From positions 1,256 through 65,255 of the forward strand of contig CAZZJI010000011.1 in assembly GCA_964654485.1 (NCBI GenBank): a DNA stretch of 64,000 bases, written 5' to 3'. Below the pieces are notes generated by a model. It was not told the DNA's origin. It made no database searches and worked only from the letters and a program-made list of their open reading frames with translations. Source of the DNA: an uncultured Gammaproteobacteria bacterium (GTDB lineage: Bacteria; Pseudomonadota; Gammaproteobacteria; SG8-11). The translations under genes and the position numbers were made by a program. This document shows positions 1 to 9,323 of this stretch, one piece after another (positions within the stretch are counted from its first letter, which is position 1; the number at the start of each line of letters is the position of its first letter).

Positions 1-201
1 GCCTTGTGATTGTCGAAAAATATCTCATACGATGCGCCGGGACAATTCAACTACAGTATTATTCATTCCATCTTCATCCTAAATAAAACCAGGATAAACT
101 CGCCCCGCGGATATTACATGGGAGTAATTACTTTAATTTTCTCGGGCGTCATTATTTTGAATGTTATACTGCAAACCAAGATTCATATACGGGACCCAAC
201 C

Positions 202-1650
202 ATGCCACAAACAGAACATGAACAAATAGTAAATGTATTTAAATCTGTCGTCCCTTCGGTAGATTACTGGTCAATCAGGCTAGTGGATACAGAGTATGAA
301 CACATCTCTGTGCGCCAAAACGTGCTTCAACCACCGCATACCTGTTTTTCAACCGGTGTTTTTATCACAATAATTGTAAAAAACAGCATTGGTTATGCAG
401 CTACGAGCAACATAACGAAAGGCGGACTGCAACAAGCTGCCTTAAAAGCGAAAGACTGGGCGGAAACCTGCGCACCGCATACGCTGGTCGACGCCAACAA
501 ATTTCCAAAAATAGATTACAGCGGACAATATCGCACACCTATTGCGAAGCCATGGAGCGCAACTTGTTTTTCGGACAAATTATCATTCCTCCAAAATGCC
601 TGCCAATCGCTCAAAATCAGTGAAAATATTGTCGATTGGCAATCAACATTGAGTTCGAAGCAAAACCACACACTGCTTGTGACCAGTGCCGGTGGACGAA
701 TTGAACAATTTTTTCAGTACATCACACCCGGCCTTGTCGCGGTCGCAAACAGCGGCGCTGAAACTCAAATACGTACCGGTGGTGGTAACGGCAGTTCTGC
801 CCAGGGCGGCCTCGAGCAACTGGATCGAATGGGCTTTCCTGATGCCGCACCGCAAATAGCGGAGCAAGCGCTTCAATTGCTGGATGCACCCACCTGCCCT
901 ACTGATTCAATGGATTTATTACTGATGCCAGATCAAATGGTGCTTCAAATTCACGAAAGTATCGGTCATCCACTGGAACTGGACAGAATTCTAGGCGATG
1001 AACGAAATTATGCCGGTACCAGTTTTGTTACCTTAGATATGTTCGGGGAATATGAATATGGCTCTGAACTTTTGAATATCACATTTGATCCAAGCCACCC
1101 GGAACAACTTGCCAGTTATGGATTTGACGATGATGGCGCACCTGCTAAACATACCTACATCATTCGCAATGGTCGTCTGGAAACACCCCTGGGTGGACTC
1201 TATTCTCAAGCAAGAACCGATGTTAACGGGGTAGCTAACTCGCGTGCGTGTGACTGGAACAGGCCAACGATTGATCGTATGGCAAATCTTAATCTGGAGA
1301 CGGGTGACAGTAACATGAAAGAATTGGTGTCCAGTATCGAAAACGGCATCTTGATGGAGACCAATCAATCCTGGTCGATAGATGACAGCCGAAATAAATT
1401 TCAATTTGGTTGCGAGTTAGGAAAAATAATCGAACACGGCGAAATTAAAGGTTTGGTTAAAAACCCGAATTACCGCGGCATATCGGCTAATTTCTGGCGA
1501 AACCTGATCAAAGTCGGCGATAAATCAACCTTTGAAATTTCGGGGACACCCAACTGTGGTAAAGGTGAACCAAACCAAGTTATACATGTTGGCCATGCTT
1601 CACCTGCTTGCGTATTTAAAGATGTTGAGGTATTTGGAGGATCAGCATAA
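202..1650 (+). CDS. tldD: TldD-family zinc metalloprotease
   Basis: The translation carries the HExxxH-type motif 'HESIGHPLE' and overall TldD/PmbA-family architecture. The ORF track opens at a TTG (position 10), but the first 64 aa are hydrophobic and low-complexity. The ATG at 202 (MPQTEHEQ...) gives a normal length. The gene is coupled to the next one by a TAATG overlap. Confidence 0.85.
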   Translation: MPQTEHEQIVNVFKSVVPSVDYWSIRLVDTEYEHISVRQNVLQPPHTCFSTGVFITIIVKNSIGYAATSNITKGGLQQAALKAKDWAETCAPHTLVDANKFPKIDYSGQYRTPIAKPWSATCFSDKLSFLQNACQSLKISENIVDWQSTLSSKQNHTLLVTSAGGRIEQFFQYITPGLVAVANSGAETQIRTGGGNGSSAQGGLEQLDRMGFPDAAPQIAEQALQLLDAPTCPTDSMDLLLMPDQMVLQIHESIGHPLELDRILGDERNYAGTSFVTLDMFGEYEYGSELLNITFDPSHPEQLASYGFDDDGAPAKHTYIIRNGRLETPLGGLYSQARTDVNGVANSRACDWNRPTIDRMANLNLETGDSNMKELVSSIENGILMETNQSWSIDDSRNKFQFGCELGKIIEHGEIKGLVKNPNYRGISANFWRNLIKVGDKSTFEISGTPNCGKGEPNQVIHVGHASPACVFKDVEVFGGSA

Positions 1651-2966
1651 TGCAAGATTACTTCTATACACTTTCCGAACGTCTTTTTTCCAATTTAAAA
1701 AACACAGAATTATTACTTTGTAATTTTGAGGGGGAAAACTCCGACTTCGTCAGGTTTAATCATAATAAGGTTAGACAGGCAGGTAATGTTGTTCAACAAA
1801 GCCTGTCCATAAACCTAATTCGGGAGCGTAAACAATCCTCCGGTAGTATTGAATTATCCGGTCATCTCGACAGTGACATTGCAAATGCCAACCGACTTCT
1901 TGATTGTATACGTCTACAGCTAGAATGTTTGCCAGAAGACCCTTATCTGAATTTTGCAGAAAAAATTAATAATACTGAACACAACCATTCTAATAGCCTG
2001 CCAAAAACAACAGAGATGGTGGATCAAATCCTCACATCCGCCATTGATCTCGATCTAGTTGGAATACTGGCAAATGGAGAAATTTATACTGGATTTTCCA
2101 ACTCTATGGGCCAACGCAACTGGCACAGTAGCAACACATTTAACTTTGATTGGAGTTGTTACCTGCAAGCTGATAAAGCGGTAAAAAATAATTACTCCGG
2201 ATTTATCTGGGATAACAAAAAATTATCAACTTATATGGATGAGACGCGGACACAACTTAAAGCCATGTCAAAATCACCTATTATTTTAAAACCCGGTTGC
2301 TACAGAGCTTATATTGCACCTGGCGCCCTGAATGAAATAATAAGCATGATGTCGTGGGGAGGTTTTGGATTAAAAAGCCATCGCACGTCTCGAACACCGC
2401 TAATAAAAATGATCACTGAAAATAAGTCACTCTCTGCGTCGATAACACTGACTGAAGAAAATGACCGTGGATTAATTCCTGACTTTACCGATAATGGGTT
2501 TATCCTGCCCAAGAAAGTATGTTTAATAGATAAAGGTTTTTATAAAAATACTCTGACCAATGCCAGAAGTGCAAAAGAATACAGTGAAAAAACCAATTGC
2601 AGTGATGAATTCCCTCAGTCCATTAATCTTTCTGCAGGGACACTTGCCAGCGATCAAATTCTACAAAAAATAGACAAGGGCCTTTACATTAATAATTTAT
2701 GGTATTGTAATTTTTCTGACCGCAACAATTGTAAAATAACGGGCATGACACGATTTGCCTGTTATTGGGTGCAAAATGGCGAAATACACGCGCCTATTAA
2801 TGTAATGCGATTTGATGATTCCGTGTATGACCTACTTGGGGAAAATCTGATTGAATTAAGCGAAAATAAAGAGCTCTTATTTGACCCATCCAGTTATCAT
2901 AAACGCGCCTCAGCAAGTGCTATTTTACCCGGCGCACTGGTCAGTGACCTCTCACTCACTCTTTAG
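1650..2966 (+). CDS. pmbA: PmbA/TldE-family protein, the non-catalytic partner of TldD
   Basis: A 438-aa ORF whose start overlaps the tldD stop by 1 nt. It has TldD/PmbA-family length and a C-terminal region of that type (…GMTRFACYWVQNGEI…) but no HExxxH motif, as expected for TldE. Confidence 0.75.
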   Translation: MQDYFYTLSERLFSNLKNTELLLCNFEGENSDFVRFNHNKVRQAGNVVQQSLSINLIRERKQSSGSIELSGHLDSDIANANRLLDCIRLQLECLPEDPYLNFAEKINNTEHNHSNSLPKTTEMVDQILTSAIDLDLVGILANGEIYTGFSNSMGQRNWHSSNTFNFDWSCYLQADKAVKNNYSGFIWDNKKLSTYMDETRTQLKAMSKSPIILKPGCYRAYIAPGALNEIISMMSWGGFGLKSHRTSRTPLIKMITENKSLSASITLTEENDRGLIPDFTDNGFILPKKVCLIDKGFYKNTLTNARSAKEYSEKTNCSDEFPQSINLSAGTLASDQILQKIDKGLYINNLWYCNFSDRNNCKITGMTRFACYWVQNGEIHAPINVMRFDDSVYDLLGENLIELSENKELLFDPSSYHKRASASAILPGALVSDLSLTL

Positions 2967-3293
2967 TTAGTTTGTATTTTGCTGACAACGTTGCACAATT
3001 TTGATTTTTATACTTAGCAACTTCCCCATTGTATTCCCTTTATAAAGTGTTGAATAAAGTACTGGATAGAGTAAACATATGACGTGTTATATAATACTTT
3101 TTAATGAACCTGAATATTCAATCGATAATTAAAGTATAAAAATAACAGGAAAAAACATTATATTTATAAAAATAAAGAAAGTACAAATGACTATGTTACC
3201 GTATTCATTATCATTTTTAATCCTCATTAATTTAGTAAACTAATATAAAAAGAATCTATTGTTCACTTTGCAATGTGAATAGTAGTATTAATT

Positions 3294-3313
3294 CAAAGGG
3301 TCACAAAGGGTCA
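3294..3313. repeat. Perfect 10-bp tandem direct repeat CAAAGGGTCA x2 in an AT-rich intergenic region
   Basis: Read directly: ttCAAAGGGTCACAAAGGGTCActt, about 50 nt upstream of the small-ORF pair. Confidence 0.8.
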
Positions 3314-3360
3314 CTTAAGTAATTCTCATAAGTTTTGTTACTTTATGGGAGGGGGTTCGC

Positions 3361-3435
3361 ATGCCTCTCACTATAAACAAAACCTACGTGAATTTACACT
3401 CTAGTTACCTACTCAACAAAACTGAGGAGGTTTAA
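3361..3435 (+). CDS. Candidate 24-aa small ORF (MPLTINKTYVNLHSSYLLNKTEEV)
   Basis: It falls below the ORF-track size cut-off. The ATG is preceded by a very strong SD (tatGGGAGGGGGttcgcATG). Its stop lies 2 nt before the next ATG, and the SD of the next ORF is embedded in its 3' end. Confidence 0.3.
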   Translation: MPLTINKTYVNLHSSYLLNKTEEV

Positions 3436-3437
3436 CA

Positions 3438-3563
3438 ATGGAAACAATAATCACATTAGCATTTTCCATCGTAATAGCCGCTGCGATACTGGGTGTGGTA
3501 GTACTTACAATCGATATTTATCGCGTAGAGTCACAAAACGATAAACATCTGCCACTGCGTTAA
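3438..3563 (+). CDS. Candidate 41-aa single-pass membrane peptide (METIITLAFSIVIAAAILGVVVLTIDIYRVESQNDKHLPLR)
   Basis: It falls below the ORF-track cut-off. A canonical SD precedes the start (GAGGAGGtttaacaATG). A 25-residue hydrophobic helix is followed by a charged tail. Confidence 0.45.
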   Translation: METIITLAFSIVIAAAILGVVVLTIDIYRVESQNDKHLPLR

Positions 3564-3722
3564 ATTAATAAACATTTATTTATATAGAAGGAGCGTTGTT
3601 TATATCTAATGCCAGGGCAAGGTTATTAATATTAACCGTAATTCCTTGCTCTGCTTTTAGGCTCTGAAATTCCGTATTAATGCGCTGCTTCTCTAACAGC
3701 ACAAGCAATAGGGGGATGAAAA

Positions 3723-4313
3723 ATGCAAGGTCACTACAAACCGATCAAATATTCTGAAGTCTCTGCCGAAACACAATTAGCGCAACCTGTACATACCGTC
3801 TTATTAGAAGACCACGCCATAAGTGTAATGACAGATCTTAATAAAATCAGAACTTTTACCATAGAAGCAACGAATACTTTGGAATTTACTATCACTAAAA
3901 TGATTGCATGCGGTGTGCGGCTTCTGTTTGTGATGAATACAGATAACACATTCATCGGCATTGTAACCGCAGACGATTTGCTGGGTGAAAAGCCCATTTT
4001 ACATTTACACAATAATGGTGGAATACGAGAAAACATACTTATTCAAGACTTAATGACACCGTGCAATCAATTAAAAACGTTGCAACTATTCGATGTTTCC
4101 AGGTCCAAAGTAGGTGACATTGTAGAAACAATGAAAGCATTTGGTCGCCAGCATATACTTGTCGTTGATATATTAAAGGAGAACCACAAAGAATATATTT
4201 GTGGCCTGTTTTCCACTACTCAAATTAGCCGACAACTGGGCACTTCCATTGATGTTTTGCCTCGTGCGAATACTTTTGCAGAAGTCGGCAGTGCAATTTC
4301 AGGATCATTTTAG
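3723..4313 (+). CDS. CBS-domain pair protein
   Basis: A 196-aa ORF with SD GGGGGA upstream. Two CBS-like modules are visible (…ISVMTDLNKIRTF…IGIVTADDLL… and …IQDLMTP…HILVVD…CGLFSTTQI). Confidence 0.8.
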   Translation: MQGHYKPIKYSEVSAETQLAQPVHTVLLEDHAISVMTDLNKIRTFTIEATNTLEFTITKMIACGVRLLFVMNTDNTFIGIVTADDLLGEKPILHLHNNGGIRENILIQDLMTPCNQLKTLQLFDVSRSKVGDIVETMKAFGRQHILVVDILKENHKEYICGLFSTTQISRQLGTSIDVLPRANTFAEVGSAISGSF

Positions 4314-4340
4314 TTCTACTGATTTATCTAGCCTAAACAT

Positions 4341-4413
4341 GCTAGCTAATGGCTTTTATGCAGCGCTAATGGCTTATGCGGCGCTAATGACTCATAGCGC
4401 TAATGGCTTTAAT
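4341..4413. repeat. Four tandem copies of a 16-20-nt unit (GCGCTAATGGCTTATGC-like)
   Basis: Read directly: gctagctaatggcttttatgca / gcgctaatggcttatgcg / gcgctaatgactcata / gcgctaatggctttaat. The repeat sits between the convergent CBS and pepN genes and is followed by a 7-bp hairpin (AATCAAT…ATTGATT). Confidence 0.8.
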
Positions 4414-4476
4414 AAAACGCGAATCAATGAAAGCGAGCGATTGATTTCTAACCATCAAATGTGAACCATGAAATGG

Positions 4477-7149
4477 TTAATTCAAACTCTTGGTTACTAT
4501 TTCATAAACATCTTTAGAAAGATGTTCGCTTTCCTTGATTCGAATCAGTTCTGATTTCATTAATTCCTGTCTTTTTTCATCATACCGCCTCCAGAAACTA
4601 AATCCGCCCACCAATCTGGATGCTATCTGCGGGTTAATCTTATCTATTTCGATAACATAATCACTTAAAAATGAATATGCATTTCCGCTTTCGTCATGAA
4701 AATGCAATTGATTACCATGACAAAAAGCACCAATAAGCGATCTGATTTTATTTGGATTTTTAATTGAAAAATCGTTATGTGACGTTAATTTTTTCACATT
4801 TTCCAACGCGCCAGAACATCTTGACGTTGCCTGAATACTAAACCATTTATCGATAACCAGCGCATCCTCTTTCCATTTTTCATAGAAATCACTAATGACA
4901 ACTTTACGCTCATCACATTCGTTGTTCGCTAATGAAATCAGGGCAGCTATTGTATCAGTCATATTTTTTGAATTATTAAATTGATCAACACATTTTTTAG
5001 TTATTTTATTATCATTCAACTCCATCAAATAGCTTAAGCAAACATTCTTAAGATTGCGCTTTCCCACTGATTGCTGATCAAATTTATATTCACCCTCTTC
5101 TTCATTCGCCTTATAAACATTATAAAATGATTTTTCTAGCGTCTGTGCCAATACCGTTCTCAAATATCGACATGCATGATGGATCGCGACAGGATCAATC
5201 ACGTCCATAAATTCCGCTATATACGTTTCCGCGGGTAATATCAAAGACTTGGCAATCAAAGATTTTTCAATTTTAAAATTTTCAATATTTTTTCTGACGG
5301 CTGATATAATTAAATCAGGAACATGAAATGTTTTTCCCAATTTATAATCGTTGATGAGATTCAATATGGTTTTGGTAAACAGCTGTTGACCCGATTCCCA
5401 GCGATTAAACCCATCGCTGTCGTGCGACATGAGAAAACTACGTCGTGAATCAGTTAATTCAATATTTAGTTTTACTGGTGCCGAAAAACCTCTAAGCAAT
5501 GAGGGTACGGGCTCACTTTCTATGTCCAGAAAAGTGAAATTTTCTTCATTTTTAGTAACATTTAATATTCGAGTTCCCTCAACGGGTAATTCCCCTTCCT
5601 CCATTTTAAGAGGTATATCATCGCCATTACTATCGAGCAACCCTACGGCAAGTGGAATAAAGAATGTAGATTTAAATGCTTGTCCTGGTGTGGCCGAACA
5701 ACTTTGTTTTACTTTTAAAGTGTAGGTTTTTTTATCTGCATTGTATTCTGTCTCTACATCCAGCTCTGGTGTGCCTGCTTGACTGTACCAAAAAGCAAAT
5801 TGTTTAAAATCTATATTGTTTGAGCCACTATTCGCATCTTCTAATGCCTTTATAAAATCTTCCGTAGTAACAGCCTGACCATCGTGTCTTTCAAAATACA
5901 GATCCGTACCCTTACGAAACCCCTCCGCCCCTAATAGAACATGCAACATTCGAACAACTTCCGCACCTTTGTTATATACCGTCGCTGTGTAGAAATTATT
6001 TATTTCTAGATACGATCCAGGCCGAACCGGATGCGCCATCGGGCCAGCATCTTCACGAAATTGATGTATTCGTAACAGATTCACATCTTCGATACGTTTT
6101 ACACTTCGAGATGTCATATCCGCACTAAATTCCTGATCCCGAAAAACCGTAAATCCTTCTTTAAGACTGAGCTGGAACCAATCTCGACAAGTTACCCGGT
6201 TACCAGACCAGTTATGAAAATATTCATGCCCAATAACACCTTCTATGTTTTGATAATCACTGTCTGTTGCTGTTTCCGGTTTTGCTAATACATACTTGGA
6301 ATTAAATACATTTAAACCTTTATTTTCCATTGCGCCCATATTAAAATCATCGACTGCAACCACAATATATGTATCGAGATCATATTCTCGCCCATACACT
6401 TGCTCATCCCAACGCATGGAATTTATCAACGATTGCATCGCGTATCTACACTTATCAATATTATGGTGTTCTACGTAAATATACAGATGAATAGTCCGAC
6501 CTGACATCGTGACAAATTTATCTTCGATAAAAGACAAATCACCCGCCACCAATGCGAACAGATAAGAAGGTTTAGGGAAAGGATCCTGGTATTCTATCCA
6601 ATGTTCCAGGTCGTCTATTTCACCTTTATCAATACAATTACCATTTGATAAAAGAACCGGGTATTTTGATTTATTGGCAATTATTTTAGTTGTATAGCAC
6701 GCCATAACATCAGGGCGATCCAGAAAATAAGTAATTTCACGAAAACCTTGCGCTTCACATTGGGTACAAAAATTTCCACTTGATAAATACAAGCCACTTA
6801 GCGACGTGTTTTCTTTTGGATTAATACAGGTCTCTATTTCCAGCGTAAAACTGCTTTCTTGTATTGCATATAATGTTAATGATTCCGCGTCTGCTTTATA
6901 TTGATCTGGTGTCAGCTCTTTATTATTGATCCTCACCGATAATAATTGCAACTCTTCACCATCAAGAACAAGGTCCACGACCTTGCTTGCTGAATAGCAA
7001 TTTTTTTCAATAGTTAATTTTGATTTAACTACTGTTTTAGCTTCGTTTAGCTGAAAGGTTAAATGAACATTTTTAATTAGAAATGCGGAGGGGCAATATT
7101 CATTTAGATATGTTGTTTTTGGAGAAACTTCATTATTCTTATCTTGCAT
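4477..7149 (-). CDS. pepN: Aminopeptidase N (M1 family)
   Basis: Carries the GAMEN exopeptidase motif and the zinc motif HEYFHNWSGNRVT…LKEGFT. Length 890 aa. Confidence 0.95.
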   Translation of the reverse strand: MQDKNNEVSPKTTYLNEYCPSAFLIKNVHLTFQLNEAKTVVKSKLTIEKNCYSASKVVDLVLDGEELQLLSVRINNKELTPDQYKADAESLTLYAIQESSFTLEIETCINPKENTSLSGLYLSSGNFCTQCEAQGFREITYFLDRPDVMACYTTKIIANKSKYPVLLSNGNCIDKGEIDDLEHWIEYQDPFPKPSYLFALVAGDLSFIEDKFVTMSGRTIHLYIYVEHHNIDKCRYAMQSLINSMRWDEQVYGREYDLDTYIVVAVDDFNMGAMENKGLNVFNSKYVLAKPETATDSDYQNIEGVIGHEYFHNWSGNRVTCRDWFQLSLKEGFTVFRDQEFSADMTSRSVKRIEDVNLLRIHQFREDAGPMAHPVRPGSYLEINNFYTATVYNKGAEVVRMLHVLLGAEGFRKGTDLYFERHDGQAVTTEDFIKALEDANSGSNNIDFKQFAFWYSQAGTPELDVETEYNADKKTYTLKVKQSCSATPGQAFKSTFFIPLAVGLLDSNGDDIPLKMEEGELPVEGTRILNVTKNEENFTFLDIESEPVPSLLRGFSAPVKLNIELTDSRRSFLMSHDSDGFNRWESGQQLFTKTILNLINDYKLGKTFHVPDLIISAVRKNIENFKIEKSLIAKSLILPAETYIAEFMDVIDPVAIHHACRYLRTVLAQTLEKSFYNVYKANEEEGEYKFDQQSVGKRNLKNVCLSYLMELNDNKITKKCVDQFNNSKNMTDTIAALISLANNECDERKVVISDFYEKWKEDALVIDKWFSIQATSRCSGALENVKKLTSHNDFSIKNPNKIRSLIGAFCHGNQLHFHDESGNAYSFLSDYVIEIDKINPQIASRLVGGFSFWRRYDEKRQELMKSELIRIKESEHLSKDVYEIVTKSLN

Positions 7150-7169
7150 TCAGGTCATTACCTATTGAA

Positions 7170-8621
7170 TTATTGTATTAACAAAAATATTGCACCATCT
7201 CCACGCTGGATATTCAACAACAATCCACGGCTGGTTCTATTCACTGCCTTTTCCAGCTCCTTGAAATCGCGCACATCCCGTCGATTTACTGATTTAAAAA
7301 TATCTCCTTTACGCAAACCCGCTTGATCTGCTGGACTAGTGGGCTTAATGGCGACGACACGTATGGCTTTGCGTTTTCTATTTTGTTTAGCTGAACCCAG
7401 TGTAATATCAATAATCCCCAATGTCGCACCGTCCAGTAGTTTGGAAATAAATTTCCCTTCTATTCTCTCTTTACTTGCAACGGTGATCTCAGCAGATAAA
7501 TCGAGTGTTTCTCCACCACGTAACGCAAGCAATTTTATTTTTTGACCAACTCGAAGTAATCCTATCATATTTCGTAAATCAGACGCATTTCGCACGCGCC
7601 TGTCGTTTACTGAAACAATGACGTCGCCCGTACTCAGGCCAGCTTTAGCTGCAGGCGAATCTTCCTCTACCCGAGCGACAACCGCCCCTTTTTGGTCAAC
7701 CTTAATTTTAAACGCCTTGGCTAATTCCGGCGTCAAATCCTGAATGGTAATGCCGAGTCGACCACGTGTTATTTCACCAAATTGAATCAATTGTGCTTTG
7801 ATTTCATTCGCCATGTTTACCGGGATAGCAAATCCTATTCCCACATTACCTGCACGACCCGGCGAGAAAATCGCGGTATTGATACCGACTAACTCACCGC
7901 GTAGATTAACTAAAGCGCCACCCGAATTTCCTGGATTAATGGATGCATCAGTCTGAATAAAGTCTTCATAGCCTTCCAGGCCCAATCCACTTCTGCCCAA
8001 CGCACTCACGATTCCTGAGGTCACGGTCTGCCCTAATCCAAATGGATTTCCGATCGCAACAACAAAATCGCCAACGCGCATTTTATCTGAATCAGCTAAA
8101 GGCAGATCCGTTAAATTTTCTGGTGCGACCTGAATAACAGCAATATCGGTATCCGCATCAGTTCCTATTAATTTTGCTGTAAGCTCGCGTTGATCATGTA
8201 AAGTCACCCGAATCTCTGCCGCTTTATCAATGACGTGGTTATTGGTAAGTATATAACCTTTTTTAGCATCAATAATAACACCGGAACCCTGGCTCTGAGT
8301 TCGCCTGGGTTTACTTTGTGGAATATCAAAGAATCGTCTGAAGAAGGGGTCACGCAATAATGGATTCTCTTGTTTGACGCGGCCTAAAGTAGAAATATTA
8401 ACCACAGCAGGCGTAACTTTAGCCAACATGGGGGCAAGAGACGGAATTTTTTGGCCAGTGTCAGCCGACACTGCTGCAATTGCGGACTCCACCGGGATAC
8501 CCGCCGATGACGTGTTAAGGGCGAAGACACCTGACAATACAAACATGATTGTCAGCGTAGATATTGGTTTAAATAGTCTATTACCTGCCACTACGCTGAC
8601 ACCATTTTCTATAGCCAACAC
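7170..8621 (-). CDS. Periplasmic serine endoprotease, DegP/DegQ/MucD (HtrA) family, with two PDZ domains
   Basis: Catalytic triad context is present: TNNHVI, DIAVIQV and GNSGGALVN. Two PDZ-like C-terminal regions follow. The N-terminus looks like a signal peptide. The exact start is uncertain because the ORF opens at a TTG. Confidence 0.9.
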   Translation of the reverse strand: MLAIENGVSVVAGNRLFKPISTLTIMFVLSGVFALNTSSAGIPVESAIAAVSADTGQKIPSLAPMLAKVTPAVVNISTLGRVKQENPLLRDPFFRRFFDIPQSKPRRTQSQGSGVIIDAKKGYILTNNHVIDKAAEIRVTLHDQRELTAKLIGTDADTDIAVIQVAPENLTDLPLADSDKMRVGDFVVAIGNPFGLGQTVTSGIVSALGRSGLGLEGYEDFIQTDASINPGNSGGALVNLRGELVGINTAIFSPGRAGNVGIGFAIPVNMANEIKAQLIQFGEITRGRLGITIQDLTPELAKAFKIKVDQKGAVVARVEEDSPAAKAGLSTGDVIVSVNDRRVRNASDLRNMIGLLRVGQKIKLLALRGGETLDLSAEITVASKERIEGKFISKLLDGATLGIIDITLGSAKQNRKRKAIRVVAIKPTSPADQAGLRKGDIFKSVNRRDVRDFKELEKAVNRTSRGLLLNIQRGDGAIFLLIQ

Positions 8622-8741
8622 AAATATTCCCTATCTAAACAACCTATGCTCATGTTGTTGTGTATTATTGATTTAATAATAGCTGAATAAAGTAGAGTCG
8701 AATGCCTAGATACCTATTGCGTACCTATTGCCGCTCCAGAG

Positions 8742-9200
8742 TCATTCCGTAACTGTAATTTTGCGCGGCAGTGCCTTTTCCGCTTTAGGTATAATCAGCT
8801 CAAGCACACCGTTTTTTCCTTTGGCGCTAATTCTACTCTGATCAACCGCGTCAGGTATACTAAAGCGTCGAATAAATCGGCCTTGAAACCGCTCGACACG
8901 CTGAAACCCATTCTGTTCAAACGATTTATCAAATTCACGCTTTCCCGAAATTGCTAACACGCCTTTATCCAGCGTAATTTCAATGTCTTTTGGATCAATC
9001 CCGGGAATATCGGCTAGTATCAGATATTGATTGGCTTGTTCCTGGATGTCGACTTGCGGCACCCAATCTGTATCATTGGAGTCAACGTTTTTTAAACTGG
9101 GCTTACCCGAAGCTGAAAAATCCTTGAAAAAATCATGATTTAACGCATTAAGGGTTAAATGGTTAAAGAGTCTATTAGAGTCATATCGAGTTAATAACAT
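8742..9200 (-). CDS. Small heat-shock protein (Hsp20/alpha-crystallin family)
   Basis: The alpha-crystallin domain is recognisable (…WVPQVDIQE…ILADIPGIDPKDIEITLDKGVLAISGKRE…GVLELIIPK). SD AGGAG lies upstream of the ATG. Confidence 0.85.
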   Translation of the reverse strand: MLLTRYDSNRLFNHLTLNALNHDFFKDFSASGKPSLKNVDSNDTDWVPQVDIQEQANQYLILADIPGIDPKDIEITLDKGVLAISGKREFDKSFEQNGFQRVERFQGRFIRRFSIPDAVDQSRISAKGKNGVLELIIPKAEKALPRKITVTE

Positions 9201-9235
9201 GTGTCATCTCCTGTTAGTCTAGTTACTTGATGTCA

Positions 9236-9263
9236 ATATTGGGATGATAAAAATAATATCAAC
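9236..9263 (-). promoter_or_regulatory. Possible sigma-32-type heat-shock promoter for the Hsp20 gene
   Basis: The minus strand reads GTTGATA-N13-CCCAATAT, compared with the consensus CTTGAAA-N13-15-CCCCATNT. The -10 element ends about 35 nt before the ATG. This rests on motif resemblance only. Confidence 0.35.
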
Positions 9264-9323
9264 CCTCATATATATTCATCACGATTAGGTATATTTCAGA
9301 ATATGTGGACACACATAAATAAT

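Noticed and set aside
10-201. The N-terminal 64-aa extension of TldD from a TTG start at position 10.
   Set aside because: The segment is hydrophobic and low-complexity and is not part of the TldD fold. The ATG at 202 gives a normal-length protein. The window edge also prevents evaluation of upstream signals.
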